A model generated the notes under the pieces. It searched no databases. It was not told the origin of the DNA and saw only the letters and a program-made list of their open reading frames with translations. Made by a program: the position numbers and the translations under genes. Of a stretch of 64,000 nt of DNA, positions 26,274-37,105 are shown one piece after another. The stretch lies in NCBI RefSeq assembly GCF_009914755.1, contig NC_060947.1; one strand, written 5' to 3'. The stretch's first letter is position 1. Each line of letters opens with the position of its first letter. This DNA comes from the human T2T-CHM13v2.0 reference genome, Homo sapiens.

Positions 26274-27218
26274 GAAAACCAAACACCACATGTTCTCACT
26301 TATAAGTGGGAACTGAACATTGAGAATAATAAGTGGACACAGGGAGAGGAACAATACAAACTTGGGAATGTCTGGGTGGTGAGGGGAGGGAGAGCATTAG
26401 GATAAATAGCAAATGTATGTGAGGCTTAATACATAGGTATTAAGAGTTTGACTCTTGTTGATATTTTCTTACTAATTAGTTTTAGGAAACACTCCATTCA
26501 GGTGTCTTTACATTTCAATGGGCTACATAATACAAGAAACTCTAAAGTAAATAACAGCTTGGAAGTTTGGTGATGTGGATTTAGGATGAAAATCTATGGC
26601 TGTTGGTGTTCATGGGGGTCATTTTAAGGAAAATGCACTTATTTCGAGAGAACTCCATTCCTAGGATTTCTTTTCCTTGAGGTATATGTTAATTGCCCAC
26701 CTGGATAAAGCATTATCAGAATATACCTTCCAAATTAATAATTCTATAGAGCATGGCTATTAATTGGATAACCAATGACTACTTTTTGATTAGTCATTTT
26801 ATTTCAACCTAAGAACAATGTAGGAAAATGAATCATTATTATTTTTATTTTTGTGGATACATAGTAGGTGTTTATATTTATGGGGTACATGAGAGGTTTT
26901 GATATAAGCATACAATGTGAAATAAGCACATCATGGAGAATGGGATATGTGGTGAGATGGGTTGGTAGGTGCAGCAAACCACCATGGCACATGTATACTT
27001 ATGTAACAAACCTGCACATCCTGCACATGTATCCTGGAACTTAACATTAAATTAAATTTAAAAAAGAAAAGATAATTTGATAAATTAGTAAGGTTACTAC
27101 TTAGCAAATATAAATGATTATATGAAGAAACTGTGATAAATATATATATATATATATATATGCATATGTAATTTTAGCTTTGCCAAAGAAGAAAATTCTG
27201 CCATTTTCAACAACAAAA
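26274..27218 (+). mobile_element. 5'-truncated L1PA (PA8-11-like) 3' end with ~150-bp 3' transduction and an internal templated insertion
   Basis: L1 3' UTR at 26274-26438 and 26956-27070. 14-bp TSD AAGATCTCTGTTTT at 26260-26273 and 27219-27232. Confidence 0.9.
26443..26948 (+). repeat. Direct duplicate of 29088-29594
   Basis: By-eye alignment gives about 10 substitutions and 2 small indels over ~506 bp. Confidence 0.97.
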
Positions 27219-27767
27219 AAGATCTCTGTTTTTATGTTAATGCTGGTCAGTTTTGCCTGAATTCCAAAAGCAGGAGGGTATAACAACGCAGGTCCAACCT
27301 CCCTCTCCCCCATCATGAACTGAATTAGTTTTCCAGATTTCTTTGGAATACTGTTGGCTGAGGGCCAGTTGGGGGGTTGTCCATCAGTCCATTGCTGGGG
27401 GGCTTAGAATTTTATTTTTGGTTTATACTTCTTAGAGTTTTTTGCTGGGTCTGATAATTAAATTGATATAAAACAGATTAAACAGGATAAAGGCATAAAA
27501 AACTTGTATGCATTTTATGTGACATAGGAGCCCTCATAGGGAAATGAAGACCCAAAGAAGTGGAAAAATCTAAATGCTTTTTATATTAGGTTGAACAAAA
27601 AGAGACAATTCTGGAAAAGTAACTAAATTATCTGGGAAGGCTAAAGGAAGATAAGAAATACTTAACAAGGACTGTTTGTACAGAATTCACTCAGCTGTGA
27701 CTCCCCGTTGAAGAATGTTCCTTTTAACTGGTACAGGGAGATCCAGTAAATAACCTTGCAAACTGTT

Positions 27768-28050
27768 TCTTCTTTTTAAAATTATTTTGTTGTTTTTGTT
27801 TTTGTTTTTTAATCTCCAGGGTACGCGTGTAGGATGTGCATGTTTGTTACATAGATAAATGTGTGCCATGGTGGTTTGCTGCACCTAACAATCCATCTCC
27901 TAGGTATTAAGCCCCACATGTGTTAGCTCTTTTCCCTAGTGCTCTTCTGCCACCAGCCTCCTGCAATGGGCCCCAGTGAGTGTTGTTCCCCTCCATGTGT
28001 CCATGTGTTCTCACTGTTCAGCTCCCACTTATAAATGAGAACATGCTGTG
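27768..28050 (-). mobile_element. L1PA (PA8-like) 3' end
   Basis: gtgccatggtggtttgctgcacc...cctaggtattaagcccc. 13-bp TSD CTTGCAAACTGTT at 27755-27767 and 28051-28063. Confidence 0.92.
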
Positions 28051-28282
28051 CTTGCAAACTGTTCTGACCTCTGGCCATTTTTCACATGGCAGTTTTTATC
28101 CTGTTTTCAGGAATAAAGAGGGAAATAAGAATGCCCTTCTTGCATCTGTTGTTACTCAAGTGAGTTAAGGCTTAAAAATAATCTTTATGTCAAAATGACA
28201 TATTTTAGGGTGGCATATTCTGCCATGCTTCAATTACATGAAACCAGTTTGATCCACCCATTTAGCATAATAAAGAAGTTTC

Positions 28283-29110
28283 TGAGGACTAAACTCTGAT
28301 CTTTTTCTTCTCTTGCTCAAATTCCTATGTAAGGGGTACGGAGATCCATGTCCTACAAACCATAAACTCTCAAAAGAGGGGTTTTATTCAAAACATATAA
28401 CATGGCTTACTTTCCAGCCTGACTCTAGCATAACATCACATGACAGATAAAGATAACCCCCAAATATGTTTCTTTGCCACATCTTCAAATAGCCCAGCAA
28501 AGGGGACAGTCAACATTGTATAGAAAATCCCCTTCCCTTTCCAGGCCTTTTTCCTGATCCAGGAGAGACTCAACTAAGAGTCTGGCACTTTATATATTAA
28601 AAAAAAGTCTGACAAGAAACATTTACAATCTATTCTTTCTGAGGCTTGCTACCTGGAGGCTTTATCTGCATGATGGGAAATTTGATCTCCACAATCTCTT
28701 AACTTAAGCCAGTCATTCCATTCTATTGATTCTATGTACATAAGGGGAACCTTAGTTTCCACAACCCCTTATCTTGGCCCAAACATTCCCTTCTACAGAT
28801 TCTAGATATTTGGACAATGACTTAACTCTTTCAACCAATTAACAATTAGAAAGTTCTTGAATCCTCCTATGACCTGGAAGCCCCCACTTCAACTTGTCCC
28901 ATCTTTCCAGACTGAACCAATGTACATTTTACATGTATTGATTTATGTCTTATGTTCTCCTAAATTGTATAAATCCATGCTGTAGGTCGACCATCTTAGG
29001 CATATATTCTCAGGACAACTTGAGACTGTACCTTGGGCCATTGGTTACTCATATTTGGCTCAGAATATATCTCTTCAAATATTTTACAGAGTTTGACTCT
29101 TTTGTTGATA
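28283..29110 (+). mobile_element. MER4 (MER4D/E-like) solo LTR
   Basis: Starts tgaggactaaactctgatc and ends ctcagaatatatctcttcaaatattttacagagtttgactcttttgttgata. Confidence 0.85.
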
Positions 29111-32100
29111 TTTTCTTACTAATTAGTTTTAGGAAACACTCCATTCAGGTGTCTTTACATTTCAATGGGCTACATAGTACAAGAAACTCTAAAGTAATAA
29201 CAGCTTGGAAGTTTGGTGATGTGGATTTAGGATGGAAGTCTATGGCTGTTGGTGTTCATGGGGGTCATTTTAAGGAAAATGCACTTATTTCGAGAGAACT
29301 CCATTCCTAGGATTTCTTTTCCTTGAGGTATATGTTAATTGCCCACCTGGATAAAGCATTAACAGAATATACCTTCAAAATTAATAATTCTATAGAGCAT
29401 GGCTATCAATTGGATAACTAATGACTACTTTTTGATTAGTCATTTTATTTCAACCTAAGAACAATGTAGGAACATGAATCATTATTATTTTTATTTTTGT
29501 GGATACATAGTAGGTGTTTATATTTATGGGGTACATGAGAGGTTTTGATACAAGCCTACAATGTGAAATAAGCACATCATGGAGAATGGGATATACATTC
29601 CCTCAAGTATTTATCCTTTGAGTTACACACAATCCAATTATATTCTTTAAATTATTTTAAAATATGCAATTAAATTATTCTTGACTATAGTCACCCTGTT
29701 ATGCTATCAAATAGCAGGTCTTATTCATTCTTTCTATTTTTTTTGTATCCATTAACCATCCCCACCTCCTCCAAACCCTGCAACACCTTTCACAGCCTCT
29801 GGTAACTATCCTCCTACTCTCTATGTCCATGAGTTCAATTGTTTTAATTTTTAAATTCTACAAATAAGTGAGAACATGCGATGTTTTTCTTTCTGTGTCT
29901 GGCTTATTTCACTTAACATAATGATCTCCAGTTTCATCCATGTTGTTGCAAATGACTGGATCTCATTATTTTTATGACTTAATAATATAATACTCCATTG
30001 TCTGTAGGTACCACATATTCTTCATTCATTAATGTATTGATGGACACTTAGGTTGCTTCCAAATCTTGACTATTGTGAACAATGCTGTAACAAGCATAGG
30101 AGTGCAGATAACTCTTTGATACACTGATTTCCTTTCTTTTGGGTGTATACCTAGCAGTGGGATTGCTGGATAATATGGTAGCTGTATCTTCAGTTTCTTG
30201 AGAAACCTCTAAACTCTTCTTCATAGTTCATGTACTAGTTTACATTCCCACCAACAGTGTACAAGGGTTCCCTTTCCTCTATATCCTTGCCAGCATTTGT
30301 TATTGTCTGTCTTTTGGACATAAGTTATTTTAACTGAGGTGAGATGATATTTCACTGTAGTTTGGATTTACATTTCACTGATGATCCATGATGTTGAGCA
30401 CCTTTTAATATGCCTGTTTCTCATTTGTATGTCTTTTTTTGAGAAATGTCTATTCAGATCTCTTGCTCATTTTTAAATTGGATTATTAGGTTGATTCCTA
30501 AAGAGGTGTTTGAGCTCCTTATATACTCTGGTTATTAATCCTTTGTCAGATGGTAGCTTGCAAGTGTTTGCAAGTTATGTGGGTTGTCTCTTAGCTTTGT
30601 TGATTGTTTCCTTTGCTGTGCAGAAACTTTTTAACTTGATGTGATTCTATTTGTCCCTTTTTGCTTTAGTTGCCTGTGGCTGTGGGGTGTTGCTCAAGAA
30701 ATTTTTGCCCAGAGCAGTGTCCTGGAGAGTTTTCCCAGTGTTTTCTTGTAGTAGTTTCATAGCTTAAGGTCTGAGATTTAAGTCTTTAATCAATTTTTAT
30801 TTGATTTTTATATATGGTGAGACAGAGGGGTCTAGTTTCATTATTTTGCATATGGATATCCAGTTTTCTTAGCACCATTTATTGAAGAGACTGTCTTTTT
30901 CCCAGTGTATGTTCTTGGCACCTTCATAAAAAATGAGTTCACTGTAGGTGTGTGGATTTTTTCTTGGTTCTCTAGTCTGTTACATTGCCCTATGTGTCCG
31001 TTTTCATGCAAGTACCATGCTGTTTTGGTTACTAAAGCTCTGTAGTATAATTTGAAGTCAGGTAATGGGATTCTTCCAGTTTTGTTCTTTTTGCTTAGGA
31101 TAGCTTTGGTTATTCTGCTTCTTTTGTGATCCATATAAATTTTAGGATTTTTTTTTCTATTTCTATGAAGAATGTCATTGGTATCATGATAGGGATTGCA
31201 TTGAATCTGTACATTGCTTTAGGTAGTATGGACATTTTAATAATACTGATTCTTCCAATCCATGAACATGGAATTTTTGCCCATTTTTTTGGTGTCCTTC
31301 AATTTTTTTCATCACTGTTTTAGAGTTTTCACTGTAGAGATTTTTCAGTTCTTTGGTTAAGGTAATTCCTAGGTATTTAATTTTATGTGTGGCTATTGTA
31401 AATGGGATTGCTTTTTAAGTTTCTTTTTCACATTGTTCACTGTTGGCATATATAAATGATACTGATTTTTTATGTTAATTTTGTATCCTGAAACTTAACT
31501 GAATTTGCTTATCAGTTCTAATAGTTTTCTTATGGCATCTTTAGCTTTTACAAAATATAAAATTATATCATCTGCAAACAAGGATAATTTGACTTCCTTT
31601 CCAATTTCGATGTCCTTTATATCTTTCTCTTGTCTGATTGCTCCAGCAAGGATTTCCAGTAATATGTTGAATAACAGTGGTGACAGAGGCCTCCTTGTCG
31701 TGTTCCAGATCTTAGAGGAAAGGTTTTCAGTTTTTCCTCACTCAGTATAATATTAGCTGTGGGTCTGTCATATATGGCTATTATTATGGTGAGGTACGTT
31801 CCTTCTATCCTCAGTTTTTCGAGGGTTTTATTATGAAAAGATGTTGAATTTTATCCAATACTTTTCCAGCATCAATTGAAATGATCATATGGTTTTTATC
31901 CATCATTCTGTTAATATGATGTGTCAAATTGACTGATTTACATACGTTGAAAAATCCTTGCATCCTGGGGAATAAACCCCACTTGGTCATGATGAACGAT
32001 CTTTCTAATCTATTGTTGAATTTGATTTGCTAATAGTTTGTTGAGAATCTTTGCATCAGAGTTCATCAGAGATAATGACCTGTAGTTTTCTTTTTCTGAT

Positions 32101-32831
32101 GTGTCCTTGTCTTGTTTTGGAATCAGGGTAATACTGGCCTTGTAGAATTAAATTGGAAGTATTCCCTCCTCCTCTACTTTTTGGAATAGTTTGAGTAGGA
32201 CTGGTATTGGTTCTTCTTTAAATGTGTTTGGTAGAATTCAGCAAGGAAGCCATCAGGTCTTTGGCTTGTCTTTACTGGGAGTCTTTTTATTACGGCTTCA
32301 ATTTCGTTAATTGTTATTGGTTTGTTCGGGTTTTAGATTTCTTCCTGGTTCAGTCTTGGTAATTTGTATGTATCTAGGACTTTTTCAATTTATTTTAGAT
32401 TTTCCAATTTATTGGCATATAGTTGCTCAGAGTAGCCACTCATGATTTTTTGAATTTCTGTGGTATCAGTTGTAATCTCTCCTTTTTCACCTCTGATTTT
32501 ATTTGTTTGTATCTCCTCTTTCTTTTCTTAGCTATTCTAGCTAAAGTTTTATCAATTTTGTTTAACTTTGCAAAAAACCAACTTTTTGTTTCATTGATAT
32601 TTTGAATTTTTTTATTTCAATTTCATTTATTTCTTTAATAGAAGAAAAGAAATAATAAAGATCCCAGCAGAAATAAATGAAATTGGTTCCCTTTTAATTT
32701 TCTAATTCTTTAAAATGCATTGTTAGATTGTTTATTTGAAGTTTTTCCTTTTTTTGATGTAGGTATTTATTGCTATAAACTTCCTTCTGGGGACTGCTTT
32801 TGCTGTATCCCATAGGTTTTGGTATGCTGTG

Positions 32832-33203
32832 TTTATTAGTCTGTTTTCACATTGCTGATAAAGACATACCCAAGACTGGGCAATTTACAAAAGAAAGAGG
32901 TTTAATTGGATTTACAGTTCCACATAGCTGAGGAGGCCTCACAATCATGGTGGAAGGCAAGGAGAAGCAAATCACATCTTACGTGGATGGTGGCAGGCAA
33001 AGAGAGTTTGTGCAGGGCAACTCCCATTTTTTTAAAACCATCAGATCTTGTGAGACCCATTCACTACCACGAGAACAGCATAAGAAAGATGCCCCCACAT
33101 CCCATAATTCAATCATCTCCCACTGGGTCCCTCCCACAACACGTGGGAATTACGGGAGCTACAAGATGAGATTTGGGTGGGGACACAGAACCAAACCATA
33201 TCA
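32832..33203 (-). mobile_element. THE1 (THE1A-like) solo LTR
   Basis: gctgataaagacatacccaagactgggcaatttacaaaagaaagagg...ggacacagaaccaaaccatatca. TSD ctgtg/ttgtg. Confidence 0.95.
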
Positions 33204-35703
33204 TTGTGTTTTCATTATCAATTGTTTCAAGAAATTTTTCCATTTCCTTCCTGAATTTCTTCATTGACCCACTGGCCATTCAGGAGTATATTGTTTAATT
33301 TCCATGTGTTTGTGTAGTTTCTAAAATTCCTATTGTTATTGATTTCTAGTATTATTCCATTGTATTGAGATAAGATGCTTGACATTATTTCAATTTTTTG
33401 AATGTTTTAAGACTTCTTTTGGGACCTAACATATGGTCCCCCTTAGAAAATGATCCATGTGCTGAGAAGAATGTGTATTATGTAGCTATTGGATGCATAA
33501 TACATCCAATATCTTGTAAATATCTCTTAGATTCATTTGGTCTATACTGCAGATTAAGTCTGATGTTTCTTTGTTGATTTTCTTTCTGGAAGGTCTATCC
33601 AATGCTGAAAGTATGGTGTTGAAGTCTCTAGCTATTCTTGTATTGGGGCCTATCTCTTTCTTTATATCTAATAATAATATTTTCTTTACATATCTGGGTG
33701 CTCCTGTGTTGGGTGCATATATATTTAAAATTGTTTTATCCTCTTGCTGAATTGGACCCTTTATTATTATATAGTGACCGTTTTGTCTCTTCTTATACTT
33801 TTTGTCTTGAAATCTATTTTGTCTAAATATAGTGAGTCCTGCTTTTTTTTGGTTCCCATTGGCATAGAATATCTTTTTCCATCCCTTTATTTTCTGTCTA
33901 TGTGTGTCTTTATAGGTGAAGTGTCTTTCTTGTAGGCAACAGATTGATAGGTCTTGTTTTTTCATCCATTCAGCTAGTCTATATCTTTTGACGGGAGAGT
34001 TTAGTCCATTTACATTCAGTGTTATTATTCATAAGTAGGGATTTACCCCTACCATTTTGTTATTTGCTTTCTGGTTGTTTTATGGTCTTTGCTTCTATCT
34101 TTCTTTCCTTCCTGTCTTCCTCTAGTGAAGGTTATTTTCTCTGGTGATATGACTTAGTTTCTTGATTTTCATTTTTTGTTTATTTGTTGTATGTTGTTTT
34201 AAGTTTACCATGAAGCTTGCAAATACTATCTTATAACCCATTATTTTAACCTGATAACAACTTAATGCTATTTGCGTAAACAAACAAGCAAAAAATAACT
34301 AATAAAAACTCCACACCTTAACTTTGTCCCTAAACTTCTGAACTTTTTGTTGTTTCTATTTATATCTTATTGTACTATCTCTTAAAAGGTTGTTGTATTG
34401 TTTTTGACTGGCTCATCATTTGGTCTTTTTACTTAAGATAAGAGTAGTTTACACACTATAGTTACAGTGATATAGTGTTCTGTTTTTCTGTGTACCGACA
34501 AAAGAAAAATTTCAGCTGAATTAAATTTAAAGAAATTTAATTGAACAATGAATGATTCGCAAATGGGGCAGCCTTCTGAGCCACAGTAGGCTCAGAGATT
34601 CCAGTGTAGACAGGTGATGGAAGAAGATTTATGGACAGAAAAAGAAAGTGATGTACAGAAAATGGAAGTGAGGGGCAGAAACAGCTGAATTGGTTACACC
34701 TCAGCATTTGCCTTATTTGAACATGGCTCCAAGTGTTGGCTATATTTGATGGGCCAAAACTCAGTTATTGGCAGAAGTGTAGGCTATGGTCTGTTTACAC
34801 CTCCACTTGTTATAGTTCACAATGTACAGAGAAACCTTTAGGCTGAACATAAAATATGTAAGGAGGCAGCCTCAGGCTAAAACTGATTTAACAATTCCCC
34901 GCTGTTGGTCTTCTCAATTTTGAGAGATTGACCAAAACTTTAGTCATTTATGTTACTATCACTATCATAAATATACTTAGCTGGTCTTGAAACCCAGGGG
35001 AAAGCAGTAGAACTGTGGGTTTTGTAAGGTGGGAACAAGAACTTCAGGTTATTATTATTATTTTTTTGTAAGGGTTAGAGTAGAGGATACCCTCCTCATG
35101 CTGGAATCTGTTTAAAAGGAAAACCTGTTCTCTTCTATGATTTATATGCTTCCTTAAATTATTAGTGTGATTATGTCACCTTTAGCATGAGCAACTCCAT
35201 TTTGGTTTGGTCTGGTCTGTTGGGGCCTAGTGAATGAGCTCGGTCCAAAACAATGGCCTCCCATAATTTTATTTTAAAAATTCCCCGTTTGTGTTCACGT
35301 TCTCACCTGCGTGAGAATGTGACCAAAACTTAGGGCCTTAGCACAACTCTTAGTTACCATCATTTTGGGTTTATGGTCTCAGCATGTCATTCATAGGTTA
35401 TAGTACCCTCATGGTCACACATTTCTTTCAGAATGACTCTTGTCATTCCAGTTGAAGAGAGGCCATTTGACATTCTAGAGATGGCTGCATGCAAACATTT
35501 AAAACTTTTGAGAGAATACAGCACACCAGGGAGAATACTATTATGACTCTCAGGAGGATAACACCAAGAGTTTAGAGTATGCTCTTTACCCAGGGTCCCC
35601 ATAAACCAAACCACCTAAATTAAATAGATCAAAGAGGTAAAGAGTCTACTCACTTAACTAAACAGTCTCTTCACTAATCCCCAAAACTGAATCTGTATAA
35701 TAC

Positions 35704-35889
35704 CTAATGTGTTGTATTTCTCCATAGGCCACAGGTGCCAGCAGCTACACAGATATTTCTCTGTTTAGCCAGTAAGTTATATAGAGCAATTCTATTATTT
35801 AGCATAACTTTCACAGTCTGTTGTGTAACTATAGCTTTTACAGTAGAATCTGCTATAGAGCCTATCATGAGGGATACATTTCTAATCAT
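35704..35889 (-). pseudogene. Decayed retroviral env TM fragment with immunosuppressive-domain motif
   Basis: VMLNNRIALYNLLAKQRNICV matches the gammaretroviral-type ISD consensus LQNRxxLDxLLAxxGGxC. Confidence 0.8.
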
Positions 35890-36796
35890 TGCCTCTTTTA
35901 CTCCAAACCATGGAAAAAGGACCTAATGAATGATGCCCGTCTAGAATAGCGAAGGCCTCCTGGCAATGTTATTTTAATCCATTATGTGGGTTAAGAGGAG
36001 AGAACCAACGTTCTGTTTCTGACTGATTATGAGGCAAAGTATATACCATTAAAGTTTCTCACTTTCATCGGGCCTTCATCTTCCATCTATCAAGGTATAA
36101 GGTTATCTATGTATAAGGCTGGCTGCAAAATCCTTCACAAATAAAAGTATACCACATGAGTACACACAACAGACCCCCTTTTCACTTCCATTGTTCATAA
36201 AGGTATAAGCAATGGAAAAATATTTAATGATAAGAGTCTCGTGAGAGTAAAGAAGTCTTGATCCGTGATCTTGGGAAAAGATCACATCAAAGATGCCATC
36301 TTCTTCTGAGAAGAAATTTTCTTGGTTTGCTTTATCCTAAGGGTTCCAACGGGTGTACGCTTCCAAGATTGTGGAGGGACACTTCCCAGTTGTGAGATTA
36401 TGAACTCAAACTTCAAAGTCCCAAAGTTTTGCTGTAGTGTGCATGGCAGAGAAAGAGACAGTCTTTCTCTGATGTTCTCAGAAGATCCAGTCTTTGGGTT
36501 CTAGATTGTGAAAGGGTTGATTGTCCTTAGTCAGTGAATCATAAAAAGCTTTCTTTACCTGGTGAAAATGTACTGTGGCATAATCATCTGATGTTATAAC
36601 ATCACCCCTCTTGCATGGAAAAGCTTTTATACAAGCAGAAAACATGCATTGAAAATGACAATGGAATGAAATCCCTCTACAAAAGTTTAAATGGCCCATC
36701 AGATAGCCAAATGTACCTGAAGCTTTGATTATCTTCCCAGCAATATGGGTTTGACACAGCAAACATTGGTCATAAACTATGTTAGCAATTTAGAAG

Positions 36797-37105
36797 TCAC
36801 CACACTAATATATATTTAATTTGGATCATTTTATCTTTTTCATGATGAGTCATGGAATGCAGAACTTTTAACAACAAAAGCTTTAGGGACTCAGGAAGGA
36901 CAAGGCATCTGTCCTGGTTCTCTATGAGTCCATTCTTAACGTTGGACTTAGGTCCTCTTGAATACCAGTTGTTTCTCCAATTTAGGTGCATAGCACTGAT
37001 AACCGATGGGTTATCATAGGTCATTTGACTTAGACCATGAAGTTCATTCAAATTGTATATCGAAACGATTTCAGTATTGGCTGATTTAGCATGATAATAT
37101 GGCAA
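36797..37105 (-). pseudogene. Decayed pol fragment (integrase N-terminal His-His region)
   Basis: LVLPESLKLLLLKVLHSMTHHEKDKM resembles the class I ERV integrase zinc-binding H-xxx-H segment. Confidence 0.65.

Larger units (their letters stand above)
25615..27427 (-). mobile_element. MER4 (MER4B-like) solo LTR interrupted by an L1 insertion
   Basis: aagagtcaacttttgtaaaatatttgaagagatttattctgagccaaatat at the U5 end and ggggggcttagaattttatttttggtttata at the U3 start. Confidence 0.85.
25581..28232 (-). mobile_element. MER34/MER39-like ERV1 solo LTR (host of nested insertions)
   Basis: Pieces at 25581-25614, 27428-27767 and 28051-28232. Reverse strand starts tgaagcatggcagaatatgccaccctaaaatatg. 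4-bp TSD ATTA at 25577-25580 and 28233-28236. Confidence 0.75.

Noticed and set aside
35704-35889. Domesticated syncytin-like env
   Set aside because: Only a 61-aa fragment with a mutated ISD remains, with no long env ORF.
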